Assembly: GCA_964016885.1 (NCBI GenBank)
Contig: OZ024744.1
Span: 18,042,001-18,106,000 of the forward strand
Source: Eledone cirrhosa
Lineage: Eukaryota
DNA length: 64,000 nucleotides
Direction: 5' to 3'
Position 1 is the first letter of the stretch. Each line of letters begins with the position of its first letter. Below, piece after piece: positions 12,501 to 26,000 of the stretch. The translations under genes were made by a program, and so were the position numbers. Under the pieces are notes generated by a model. The model saw only the letters and a program-made list of their open reading frames with translations, ran no database searches and had not been told where the DNA came from.

Positions 12501-15500
12501 CTGTATGTCTGTGTCACTGTGTATGTCACTGTATCTTTGTGTATGTCTGTGTCACCGTGTATGTCACTGTATGTTTCTGTATGGCAGTGTCACTGTGTAT
12601 GTCACTGTATGTTTCTGTATGTCTGTGTCACTGTGTATGTCACTGTATGTTTCTGTATGTCTGTGTCACTGTGTATGTCACTGTTTGTTTGTGTATGTCT
12701 GTGTCACTGTGTGTGTTTCTGTATGTCTGTGTCACTGTGCATGTCATTGAATCTTTGTGTATGTCTGTGTCACTGTGTATGTCACTGTATCTTTGTGTAT
12801 GTCTGTGTCACTCTGTATGTCACTGTGTGTTTCTGCATGTCTGTGTCACTGTGTATGTCATTGTGTGTTTCTGTATGTCTGTGTCACTGTGTATGTCACT
12901 GTATATTTCTGTATGTCTGTTTCACTGTGTATGTCACTGTGTGTTTCTGTATGTCTCTGTCACTCTGTATGTCACTGTATATTTCTGTATGTCTGTGTCA
13001 CTGTGTATGTCACTGTATGTTTCTGTATGTCTGTGTCACTCTGTATGTCACTGTGTGTTTCTGCATGTCTGTGTCACTGTGTATGTCATTGTGTGTTTCT
13101 GTATGTCTGTGTCACTGTGTATGTCACTGTATCTTTGTGTATGTATGTGTCCCTGTGTATGTCACTGTATGTTTCTGTATGTCTGTGTCACTGTGTATGT
13201 CACTGTGTTTCTGTATGTCTGTGTCACTGTGTATGTCACTGTATCTTTGTGTATGTCTGTGTCACCGTGTATGTCACTGTATGTTTCTGTATGGCAGTGT
13301 CACTGTGTATGTCACTGTATGTTTCTGTATGTCTGTGTCACTGTGTATGTCACTGTATGTTTCTGTATGTCTGTGTCACTGTGTATGTCACTGTATCTTT
13401 GTGTATGTATGTGTCCCTGTGTATGTCACTGTATGTTTCTGTATGTCTGTGTCACAGTGTATATCACTGTATGTTTCTGTATGTCTGTGTCACTGTCTAT
13501 CTCACTGTGTGTTTCTGAATGTCTGTGTCACTGTGTATGTCACTGTGCGTTTCTGTATGTCTGTGTCACGGTGTATGTCACTGTATCATTGTGTATGCCT
13601 GTGTCACTGTGTATGTCACTGTGTGTTTCTGTATGTCTGTGTCACTGTGTATGTCAATGTCTCTGTGTGTTTCTGTATGTCTGTGTCTCTGTGTATGTCA
13701 CTGTATCTTTGTGTATGTATGTGTCACTGTGTATGTCACTGTGTGTTTCTGTATGTCTGTGTCACTGTGTATGTCACTGTGTGTTTCTGCATGTCAGTGT
13801 CAATGTGTATGTCACTGTGTGTTTCTGTATGTCTGTGTCACTGTATATGTCACTGTATGTTTGTGTATGTCTGTGTCACTGTGTATGTCACTGTGTGTTT
13901 CTGTATGTCTGTGTCACTGTGTATGTCACTGTGTGTTTCTGTATGTATGTGTCACTGTGTATGTCACTGAGTGTTTCTGTATGTATGTGTCACTATGTAT
14001 GTCGCTGTATGTTTGTGTTGTCTGTGTCACTGTGTATGTCACTGTATATTTCTGTATGTCTGTGTCAGTGTGTATGTCACTGGGTGTTTCTGTATGTCTG
14101 TGTCACACTGTATATCACTGTATCTTTGTGTAGGTCTCTGTCACCGTGTATGTCACTGTGAGTTTCTGTATGTCTGTGTCACTGTGTATGTCACAGTGTG
14201 TTTCTGTATGTATGTGTCACTGTGTATGTCACTGTATGTCTCTGTATGTATGTGTCACTGTCTATGTCACTGTATCTTTGTGTATGTCTACGTCACTGTG
14301 TATGTCACTGTGTGTTTCTGTATGTCTGTGTCTCTGTGTATGTCACTGTATCTTTGTGTATGTCTGTGTCACTGTGTATGTCACTGTGTGTTTCTGTATG
14401 TCTGTGTCACTGTGTATGTCACTGTGTGTTTCTGTATATCTGTGTCTCTGTGTATGTCACTGTATCATTGTGTATGTCTGTGTCACTGTGTATGTCACTG
14501 TATCTTTGTGTATGTTTGTGTCACGGTGTATATCCCTGTACGTTTGTGTATGTCTGTGTCACTCTATATCTCACTGTACGTTTGTGTATGTCTGTGTGAC
14601 TGTGTATGTCACTATGTTTCTGTATGTCTGTGTCACGGTGTATGTCACTGTGTGTTTCTGTATGTCTGTGTCACTGTGTATGTCACTGTATCTTTGTGTA
14701 TGTCTGTGTCACTGTGTACGTCACTGTGTGTTTCTGTATGTATGTGTCACTGTCTATCTCACTGTATGTTTCTGAATGTCTGTGTCACTGTGTATGTCAC
14801 TGTGTGTTTCTGTATGTCTGTGTCACGGTGTATGTCACTGTATGTTTGTGTGTGTCTGTGTCACTGTGTATGTCACTGTGTGTTTCTGTATGTCTGTGTC
14901 ACCGTGTATGTCACTGTATCTTTGTGTATGCCTGTGTCACTGTGTATGTCACTGTGTGATTATGTATGTCTGTGTCACTGTGTATGTCACTGTGTGTTTC
15001 TGTATGTTTGTGTCACTGTGTATGTCACTAAAGGTTTGTGTGTGTCTGTGTCTCTGTCTATGTCACTGTGTGTTTGCGTGTGTCTGTGTCACTGTGTATG
15101 TCACTGTTTGTTTGTGTATGTCTGTGTCACTGTGTGTGTTTCTGTATGTCTGTGTCACTGTGCATGTCATTGTATCTTCGTGTATGTCTGTGTCACTGTG
15201 TATGTCACTGTATATTTGTGTATGTCTGTGTCACTCTGTATGTCACTGTGTGTTTCTGCATGTCTGTGTTACTGTGTATGTCATTGTGTGTTTCTGTATG
15301 TCTGTGTCACTGTGTATGTCACTGTATGTTTCTGTATGTCTGTTTCACTGTGTATGTCACTGTGTGTTTCTTTATGTCTCTGTCACTCTGTATGTCACTG
15401 TATATTTCTGTATGTCTGTGTCACTGTGTATGTCACTGTATGTTTCTGTATGTCTGTGTCACTGTGTATGTCACTGTATTTTTATGTATGTCTGTGTCAC

Positions 15501-18500
15501 TGTGTATGTCACTGTATCTTCGTGTATGTATGTGTCCCTGTGTATGTCACTGTATGTTTCTGTATGTCTGTGTCATTGTGTATGTCACTGTGTGTATCTG
15601 TATGTCTGTGTCACTTTGTATGTCAATGTATCTTTGTGTATGTCTGTGTCACCGTGTATGTCACTGTATGTTTCTGTATGTCTGTGTCACTGTGTATGTC
15701 ACTGTATGTTTCTGTATGTATGTGTCACTGTGTATGTCACTGTATGTTTCTGTATGTCTGTGTCACTGTGTATGTCACTGTATCTTCGTGTATGTATGTG
15801 TCCCTGTGTATGTCACTGTATGTTTCTGTATGTCTGTGTCACTGTGTATATCACTGTATGTTTCTGTATGTCTGTGTCACTGTCTATCTCACTGTATGTT
15901 TCTGAATGTCTGTGTCACTGTGTATGTCACTGTGCGTTTCTGTATGTCTGTGTCACGGTGTATGTCACTGTATGTTTGTGTGTGTATGTGTCACTGTGTA
16001 TGTCACTGTGTGTTTGTGTATGTCTGTGTCACTGTGTATGTCACTGTGTGTTTCTGTATGTCTGTGTCACTGTGTAAGTCATTGTATCTTTGTGTATGTC
16101 TGTGGCACTCTGTATGTCATTGTGTGTTTCTGTATGTCTGTGTCACTGTCTATGTCACTGTATATTTGTGTATGTCTGTGACACTGTGTATGTCAATGTG
16201 TGTTTCTGTATGTATGTGTCTCTGTGTATGTCACTGTATCTTTGTGTATGTATGTGTCACTGTGTATGTCACTGTGTGTTTGTGTATGACTGTGTCACTG
16301 TGTATGTTACTGTGAGTTTCTGTATGTCTGTGTCACGGTGTATGTCACTGTATATTTCTGTATGTCTGTGTCAGTGTGTATGTCACTGGGTGTTTCTGTA
16401 TGTGTGTGTCACACTGTATATCACTGTATCTTTGTGTAGGTCTGTGTCAGCGTGTATGTCACTGTATCTTTATGTATGTCTGTGTCACTGTGTATGTCAC
16501 TGTGAGTTTCTGTATGTATGTGTCACTGTGTATGTCACTGTATCTTTATGTATGTCTGTGTCGCTGTGTATGTCACTGTGAGTTTCTGTATGTCTGTGTC
16601 ACTGTGTAAGTCATTGTATCTTTGTGTATGTCTGTGGCACTCTGTATGTCATTGTGTGTTTCTGTATGTCTGTGTGACTGTCTATGTCACTGTATCTTTG
16701 TGTATGTCTGCGTCACTGTGTATGTCACTGTGTGTTTCTGTATGTCTGTGTCTCTGTCTATGTCACTGTGTGTTTGCGTGTGTCTGTGTCACTGTGTATG
16801 TCGCTGTGTGTTTCTGTATGTCTGTGTGACTGTGTATGTCACTGTTTGTTTGTGTATGTCTGTGTCACTGTGTGTGTTTCTGTATGTCTGTGTCACTGTG
16901 CATGTCATTGAATCTTTGTGTATGTCTGTGTCACTGTGTATGTCACTGTATCTTTGTGTATGTCTGTGTCACTCTGTATGTCACTGTGTGTTTCTGCATG
17001 TCTGTGTCACTGTGTATGTCATTGTGTGTTTCTGTATGTCTGTGTCACTGTGTATGTCACTGTATATTTCTGTATGTCTGTTTCACTGTGTATGTCACTG
17101 TGTGTTTCTGTATGTCTCTGTCTCTCTGTATGTCACTGTGTGTTTCTGCATGTCTGTGTCACTGTGTATGTCACTGTATCTTTGTGTATGTATGTGTCCC
17201 TGTGTATGTCACTGTATGTTTCTGTATGTCTGTGTCACTGTGTATGTCACTGTGTTTCTGTATGTCTGTGTCACTGTGTATGTCACTGTATCTTTGTGTA
17301 TGTCTGTGTCACCGTGTATGTCACTGTATGTTTCTGTATGGCAGTGTCACTGTGTATGTCACTGTATGTTTCTGTATGTCTGTGTCACTGTGTATGTCAC
17401 TGTATGTTTCTGTATGTCTGTGTCACTGTGTATGTCACTGTATCTTTGTGTATGTATGTGTCCCTGTGTATGTCACTGTATGTTTCTGTATGTCTGTGTC
17501 ACTGTGTATATCACTGTATGTTTCTGTATGTCTGTGTCACTGTCTATCTCACTGTGTGTTTCTGAATGTCTGTGTCACTGTGTATGTCACTGTGCGTTTC
17601 TGTATGTCTGTGTCACGGTGTATGTCACTGTGTGTTTGTGTATGCCTGTGTCACTGTGTATGTCACTGTGTGTTTCTGTATGTCTGTGTCACTGTGTATG
17701 TCAATGTCTCTGTGTGTTTCTGTATGTCTGTGTCTCTGTGTATGTCACTGTATCTTTGTGTATGTATGTGTCACTGTGTATGTCACTGTGTGTTTCTGTA
17801 TGTCTGTGTCACTGTGTATGTCACTGTGTGTTTCTGCATGTCAGTGTCACTGTGTATGTCACTGTGTGTTTCTGTATGTCTGTGTCACTGTATATGTCAC
17901 TGTATGTTTGTGTATGTCTGTGTCACTGTGTATGTCACTGTGTGTTTCTGTATGTCTGTGTCACTGTGTATGTCACTGTGTGTTTCTGTATGTATGTGTC
18001 ACTGTGTATGTCACTGAGTGTTTCTGTATGTATGTGTCACTATGTATGTCGCTGTATATTTGTGTTGTCTGTGTCACTGTGTATGTCACTGGGTGTTTCT
18101 GTATGTCTATGTCACTGTGTATGTCACTGTGCGTTTCTGTATGTATGTATCACTGTGTATGTCACTGTGTGTTTCTGTATGTCTGTGTCACTGTCTATGT
18201 CACTGTATCTTTGTATATGTCTGTTTCACTGTGTATGTCAATGTGTGTTTCTGTATGTATGTGTCTCTGTGTATGTCACTTTATCTTTGTGTATGTATGT
18301 GTCACTGTGTAAGTCATTGTATCTTTGTGTATGTCTCGGACACTCTGTATGTCACTGTGTGTTTCTGTATGTATGTATCAATGTGTATGTTACTGTGTAT
18401 TTCTCTATGTCTGTGTTACTGTGTAAGTCATTGTATCTTTGTGTATGCCTGTGTCACTGTGTATGTTAACTGTGAGTTTCTGTATGTCTGTGTCACTGTG

Positions 18501-21500
18501 TATGTCACTGTATATTTCTGTATGTCTGTGTCAGTGTGTATGTCACTGGGTGTTTCTGTATGTCTGTGTCACACTGTATATCACTGTATCTTTGTGTAGG
18601 TCTCTGTCACCGTGTATGTCACTGTGAGTTTCTGTATAGCTGTGTCACTGTGTATGTCACAGTGTGTTTCTGTATGTATGTGTCACTGTGTATGTCACTG
18701 TATGTCTCTGTATGTATGTGTCACTGTCTATGTCACTGTATCTTTGTGTATGTCACTGTGTGTTTCTGTATGTTTGTGTCTCTGTGTATGTCACTGTATC
18801 TTTGTGTATGTATGTGTCACTGTGTCTGTCACTGTGTCTTTCTGTATGTCTGTGTCACTGTGTATGTCACTGTGTGTTTCTGTATATCTGTGTCTCTGTG
18901 TATGTCACTGTATCTTTGTGTATGTCTGTGTCACTGTGTATGTCACTGTATCTTTGTGTATGTTTGTGTCACGGTGTATATCACTGTATGTTTGTGTATG
19001 TCTGTGTCACTCTATATGTCACTGTAAGTTTGTGTATGTCTGTTTGACTGTGTATGTCACTGTATGTTTCTGTATGTCTGTGTCACTGTGTATGTCACTG
19101 TGTGTTTCTGTATGTCTGTGTCACTGTGTATGTCACTGTATCTTTGTGTATGTCTGTGTCACTGTGTACGTCACTGTGTGTTTCTGTATGTATGTGTCAC
19201 TGTCTATGTCACTGTATGTTTCTGAATGTCTGTGTCACTGTGTATGTCACTGTGTGTTTCTGTATGTCTGTGTCACGGTGTATGTCACTGTGTGTTTCTG
19301 TATGTCTGTGTCACCGTGTATGTCACTGTATCATTGTGTATGCCTGTGTCACTGTGTATGTCACTGTGTGATTCTGTATGTCTGTGTCACTGTGTATATC
19401 ACTGTGTGTTTCTGTATGTCTGTGTCACGGTGTATGTCACTGTATGTTTGTGTGTGACTGTGTCTCTGTCTATGTCACTGTGTGTTTGCGTGTGTATGTG
19501 TCACTGTGTATGTCACTCTTTGTTTGTGTATGTCTGTGTCACTGTGTGTGTTTCTGTATGTCTGTGTCACTGTGCATGTCATTGTATCTTCGTGTATGTC
19601 TGTGTCACTGTGTATGTCACTGTATCTTTGTGTATGTATGTGTCACTCTGTATGTCACTGTGTGTTTCTGCATGTCTGTGTTACTGTGTATGTCATTGTG
19701 TGTTTCTGTATGTCTGTGTCACTGTGTATGTCACTGTATGTTTCTGTATGTCTGTTTCACTGTGTATGTCACTGTGTGTTCCTGTATGTCTCTGTCACTC
19801 TGTATGTCACTGTATATTTCTGTATGTCTGTGTCACTGTGTATGTCACTGTATGTTTCTGTATGTCTGTGTCACTGTGTATGTCACTGTATTTTTCTGTA
19901 TGTCTGTGTCACTGTGTATGTCACTGTATCTTTGTGTATGTCTGTGTCACCGTGTATGTCACTGTATGTTTCTGTATGTCTGTGTCACTGTGTATGTCAC
20001 TGTATGTTTCTGTATGTCTGTGTCACTGTGTATGTCACTGTATGTTTCTGTATGTCTGTGTCACTGTGTATGTCACTGTATCTTCCTGTATGTATGTGTC
20101 CATGTGTATGTCACTGTATGTTTCTGTATGTCTGTGTCACTGTGTATATCACTGTATGTTTCTGTATGTCTGTGTCACTGTCTATCTCACTGTATGTTTC
20201 TGAATGTCTGTGTCACTGTGTATGTCACTGTGCGTTTCTGTATGTCTGTGTCACGGTGTATGTCACTGTATGTTTGTGTGTGTATTTGTCACTGTGTATG
20301 TCACTGTGTGTTTGTGTATGTCTGTGTCACTGTGTATGTCACTGTGTGTTTCTATATGTCTGTGTCACTGTGTAAGTCATTGTATCTATGTGTATGTCTG
20401 TGGCACTCTGTATGTCATTGTGTGTTTCTGTATGTCTGTGTGACTGTCTATGTCACTGTATATTTGTGTATGTCTGTGACACTGTGTATGCCAATGTGTG
20501 TTTATGTATGTATGTGTCTCTGTGTATGTCACTGTATCTTTGTGTATGTATGTGTCACTGTGTATGTCACTGTGTGTTTGTGTATGACTGTGTCACTGTG
20601 TATGTCACTGTATATTTCTGTATGTCTGTGTCAGTGTGTATGTCACTGGGTGTTTCTGTATGTCTGTGTCACACTGTATATCACTGTATCTTTGTGTAGG
20701 TCTGTGTCAGCGTGTATGTCACTGTATCTTTATGTATGTCTGTGTCACTGTGTATGTCACTGTGAGTTTCTGTATGTATGTGTCACTGTGTATGTCACAG
20801 TGTGTTTCTGTATGTCTGTGTCACTGTGTATGTCACTGTATGTCTCTGTATGTCTGTGTCACTGTCTATGTCACTGTATCTTTGTGTATGTCTGCGTCAC
20901 TGTGTATGTCACTGTGTGTTTCTGTATGTCTGTGTCTCTGTCTATGTCACTGTCTGTTTGCGTGTGTTTGTGTCACTGTGTATGTCACTGTGTGTTTCAG
21001 TATGACTGTGTGACTGTGAATGTCACTGTTTGTTTGTGTATGTCTGTGTCACTGTGTGTGTTTCTGTATGTCTGTGTCACTGTGCATGTCATTGTATCTT
21101 TGTGTATGTCTGTGTCACTGTGTATGTCACTGTATCTTTGTGTATGTCTGTGTCGCTCTGTATGTCACTGTGTGTTTCTGCATGTCTGTGTCACTGTGTA
21201 TGTCATTGTGTGTTTCTGTATGTCTGTGTCACTGTGTATGTCACTGTATGTTTCTGTATGTCTGTTTCACTGTGTATGTCACTGTGTGTTTCTGTATGTC
21301 TCTGTCACTCTGTATGTCACTGTATATTTCTCTATGTCTGTGTCACTGTGTATGTCACTGTATGTTTCTGTATGTCTGTGTCACTGTGTATGTCACTGTA
21401 TGTTTCTGTATGTCTGTGTCACTGTGTATGTCACTGTATCTTTGTGTATGTATGTGTCCCTGTGTATGTCACTGTATGTTTCTGTATGTCTGTGTCACTG

Positions 21501-22960
21501 TGTATGTCACTGTGTGTTTCTGTATGTCTGTGTCACTGTATATGTCACTGTATCTTTGTGTATGTCTGTGTCACCGTGTATGTCACTGTATGTGTGTGTA
21601 TGTCTGTGTCACGGTGTATGTCACTGTATCATTGTGTATGCCTGTGTCACTGTGTATGTCATTGTGTGTTTCTGTATGTCTGTGTCACTGTGTATGTCAA
21701 TGTCTCTGTGTGTTTCTGTATGTCTGTGTCTCTGTGTATGTCACTGTACCTTTGTGTATGTATGTGTCACTGTGTATGTCACTGTGTGTTTCTGTATGTC
21801 TGTGTCACTGTGTATGTCACTGTGTGTTTCTGCATGTCAGTGTCACTGTGTATGTCACTGTGTGTTTCTGTATGTCTGTGTCACTGTATATGTCACTGTA
21901 TGTTTGTGTATGTCTGTGTCACTGTGTATGTCACTATGTGTTTCTGTATCTCTGTGTCACTCTGTATGTCATTGTGTGTTTCTGTATGTCTGTGTCACTG
22001 TCTATGTCACTGTATCTTTGTGTATGTCTGTGTCACTGTGTATGTCAATGTGTGTTTCTGTATGTATGTGTCTCTGTGTATGTCACTGTATCTTTGTGTA
22101 TGTATGTGTCACTGTGTATGTCACTGTGTGTTTGTGTATGCCTGTGTCACTGTGTATGTTACCGTGAGTTTCTGTATGTCGATGTCACTGTCTATGTCAC
22201 TGTATATTTCTGTATGTCTGTGTCAGTGTGTATGTCACTGGGTGTTTCTGTATGTATGTGTCACTGTCTATGTCTCTGTATCTTTGTGTATGTCTATGTC
22301 ACTGTGTATGTCACTGTGTGTTTCTGTATGTCTGTGTCTCTGTGTATATCACTGTATATTTGTGTATGTCTGTGTCACTGTGTATGTCACTGTGTGTTTC
22401 TGTATGTCTGTGTCACTGTGTATGTCACTGTGTGTTTCTGTATATCTGTGTCTCTGTGTATGTCACTATATCTTTGAGTATGTCTGTGTCACTGTGTATG
22501 TCACTCTATCTTTGTGTATGTCTGTGTCACGGTGTATATCACTGTATGTTTGTGTATGTCTGTGTCACTCTATATGTCACTGTACGTTTGTGTATGTCTG
22601 TGTGACTGTGTATGTCACTGTATGTTTCTGTATGTCTGTGTCACTGTGTATGTATCTGTGTGTTTCTGTATGTCTGTGTCACAGTGTATGTCAATGTCTC
22701 TGTGTGTTTCTGTATGTCTGTGTCTCTGTGTATGTCACTATATCTTTGTGTATGTATGTTTCACTGTGTATGTCACTGTGTGTTTCTGTATGCCTGTGTC
22801 ACTGTGTATGTCACTTTGTGTTTCTGTATGTCTGTGTCACTGTGTATGTCACGGTGTGTTTCTGTATGTCTGTGTCACTGTGTATGTCACTGTCTCTTTG
22901 TGTATGTCTGTGTCACCGTGTATGTCACTGTATATTTGCGTATGTCTGTGTCACTGTGTA
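3190..22960 (+). repeat. Large higher-order duplication with a ~10.3-11.0 kb period: ~3190-11950 repeated at ~13520-22960
   Basis: Co-linear ORF pairs with shared variants: 3864/14146 (10282), 4344/14776 (10432), 5582/16090 and 6328/16836 (10508), 7172/17566 (10394), 7662/18018 (10356), 8066/18536 (10470), 8783/19482 (10699), 9633/20636 and 10027/21030 (11003), 11607/22612 (11005). Confidence 0.85.
12060..13400 (+). repeat. Local tandem duplication, 710-bp offset
   Basis: The rare variant atggcagtgt lies at 12581 and 13291, each preceded by the same variant string (ctgcatg, tgtttcact, gtccctg, 36-bp monomer, caccgtg). Confidence 0.8.
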
Positions 22961-23069
22961 TGTCAATGTGTGTTTCTGTATGTCTGTGTCACAGTGTATG
23001 TCAATGTCTCTGTGTGTTTCTGTATGTCTGTGTCTCTGTGTATGTCACTATATCTTTGTGTATGTCTGT

Positions 23070-26000
23070 GTCACTGTATATGTCACTGTATGTTTGTGTA
23101 TGTCTGTGTCACTGTGTATGTCACTGTGTGTTTCTGTATGTCTGTGTCACTGTGTATGTCACTGTGTGTTTCTGTATGTCTGTGTCACTGTGTATGTCAT
23201 TGAGTGTTTCTGTATGTCTGTGTCACTGTGTATGTCGCTGTATGTTTGTGTTGTCTGTGTCACTGTGTATGTCACTGGGTGGTTCTGTATGTCTGTGTCA
23301 CTGTGTATGTCACTGTGCGTTTCTGTATGTATGTATGTATCACTGTGTATGTCACTGTGTGTTTCTGTATGTCTGTGTCACTGTGTAAGTCTTTGTATCT
23401 TTGTGTATATTTGTGGCACTCTGTATGTCATTGTGTGTTTCTGTATGTCTGTGTCACTGTCTATGTCACTGTATCTTTGTGTATGTCTGTGTCACTGTGT
23501 ATGTCAATGTGTGTTTCTGTTTGTATGTGTTTCTGTGTATGTCACTGTATCTTTCTGTATGTATGTGTCACTGTGTATGTCACTGTGTGTTTGTGTATGC
23601 CTGTGTCACTGTGTATGTTACCATGAGTTTCTGTAGGTCTGTGTCACTGTCTACGTCACTGTATATTTCTGTATGTCTGTGTCAGTGTGTATGTCACTGG
23701 GTGTTTCTGTATGTCTGTGTCACACTGTATATCACTGTATCTTTGTGTAGGTCTGTGTCACCGTGTATGTCACTGTGAGTTTCTGTATGTCTGTGTCACT
23801 GTGTATGTCACAGTGTGTTTATGTATGTATGTGTCACTGTGTATGTCACTGTATGTCTCTGTATGTATGTGTCACTGTCTATGTCTCTGTATCTTTGTGT
23901 ATGTCTATGTCACTGTGTGTTTCTGTATGTCTGTGTCTCTGTGTATGTCACTGTATATTTGTGTATGTCTGTGTCACTGTTTATGTCGCTGTGTGTTTCT
24001 GTATGTCTGTGTCACTGTGTATGTCACTGTGTGTTTCTGTATATCTGTGTCTCTGTGTATGTCACTGTATCTTTGAGTATGTCTGTGTCACTATGTATGT
24101 CACTCTATATTTGTGTATGTCTGTGTCACGGTGTATATCACTGTATGTTTGTGTATGTCTGTGTCACTCTATATGTCACTGTACGTTTGTGTATATCTGT
24201 GTGACTGTGTATGTCACTGTATGTTTCTGTATGTCTGTGTCACTGTGTATGTATCTGTGTGTTTCTGTATGTCTGTGTCACTGTGTATGTCACTGTATCT
24301 TTGTGTATGTCTGTGTCATTGTGTACGTCACTGTGTGTTTCTGTATGTCTGTGTCACTGTCTATGTCACTGTATGTTTCTGAATGTCTGTGTCACTGTGT
24401 ATGTCACTGTGTGTTTCTGTATGTCTGTGTCACTGTATGTTTCTGTATGTCTGTGTCACTGTGTATGTCACTGTGTGTTTCTGTATGTCTGTGTCACCGT
24501 GTATGTCACTGTATATTTGTGTATGCCTGTGTCACTGTGTATGTCACTGTGTGATTCTGTATGTCTGTGTCACTGTGTATGTCACTGTGTGATTCTGTAT
24601 GTCTGTGTCACTGTGTATGTCACTGTGTGTTTCTGTATGTTTGTGTGTGTCTGTGTCTCTGTCTATGTCACTGTGTGTTTGCGTGTGTCTGTGTGACTGT
24701 GTATGTCACTGTGTGTTTCTGTATGTCTGTGTGACTGTGTATGTCACTGTTTGTTTGTGAATGTCTGTTTCACTGTGTGTGTTTCTGTATGTCTGTGTCA
24801 CTCTGTATGTCATTGTATCATTGTGTATATCTGTGTCACTGTGTATGTCACTGTATCTTTGTGTATGTCTGTGTCACTCTGTATGTCACTGTGTGTTTCT
24901 GCATGTCTGTGTCACTGTGTATGTCACTGTATTTTTCTGTATGTCTGTTTCACTGTGTATGTCACTGTGTGTATCTGTATGTCTGTGTCACTCTGTATGT
25001 CACTGTATCTTTGTGTATGTCTGTGTCACTGTGTAAGTCATTGTATCTTTGTGTATGTCTCGGACACTCTGTATGTCACTGTGTGTTTCTGTATGTATGT
25101 ATCAATGTGTATGTTACTGTGTATTTCTCTATGTCTGTGTTACTGTGTAAGTCATTGTATCTTTGTGTATGTATGTGACACTCTGTATGTCAATGTGTGT
25201 TTCTGTATGTATGTGTCTCTGTGTATGTCACTGTATCTTTGTGTACGTATTTGTCACTGTGTATGTCACTGTGTGTTTGTGTATGACTGTGTCACTATGT
25301 ATGTTACTGTGAGTTTCTGTATGTCTGTGTCACGTTGTATGTCACTGTATATTGTTGTATGTCTGTGTCAGTGTGTATGTCACTAGGTGTTTCTGTATGT
25401 CTGTGTCACACCGTATATCACTGTATCTTTGTGTAGGTCTGTGTCACCGTGTATGTCACTGTATCTTTATGTATGTCTGTGTCACTGTGTATGTCACTGT
25501 GAGTTTATGTATGTATGTGTCACTGTGTATGTCACAGTGTGTTTCTGCATGTCTGTGTCACTGTGTATGTCACTGTATCTCTCTGTATGTCTGTGTGACT
25601 GTCTATGTCACTGTATCTTTGTGTATGTCTGCGTCACTCTGTATGTCACTGTGTGTTTCTGTATGTCTGTGTCACCGTGTATGTCACTGTATCTTTGTGT
25701 ATGCCTGTGTCACTGTGTATGTCACTGTGTGTTTCTGTATGTCTGTGTCACTCTGTATGTCACTGTATATTTATGTATGTCTGTGTCACTGTGTATGTCA
25801 CTGTATGTTTATGTATGTCTGCGTCACTGTGTATGTCACTGTATGTTTCTGTATGTCTGTGTAACTGTGTATGTCACTGTATCTTTCTGTATGTCTGTGT
25901 CCCTGTGTATGTCACTGTATGTTTCTGTATGTCTGTGTCACTGTGTATGTCACTGTGTGTTTATGTATGTCTGTGTCACCGTGTATGTCACTGTATATTT

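Noticed and set aside
8783-14161. 1792-aa ORF and the several hundred other + strand Cys/Val/Met/Ser/Leu-rich ORFs (superficially metallothionein-, keratin-associated- or membrane-protein-like)
   Set aside because: The + strand consensus has no TAA/TAG/TGA. Because 38 is not a multiple of 3, all three frames cycle through the same 38-aa peptide ([38 protein letters not shown]). ORFs overlap in all frames, end at random point variants, and indels do not preserve frame. There is no sign of coding selection.
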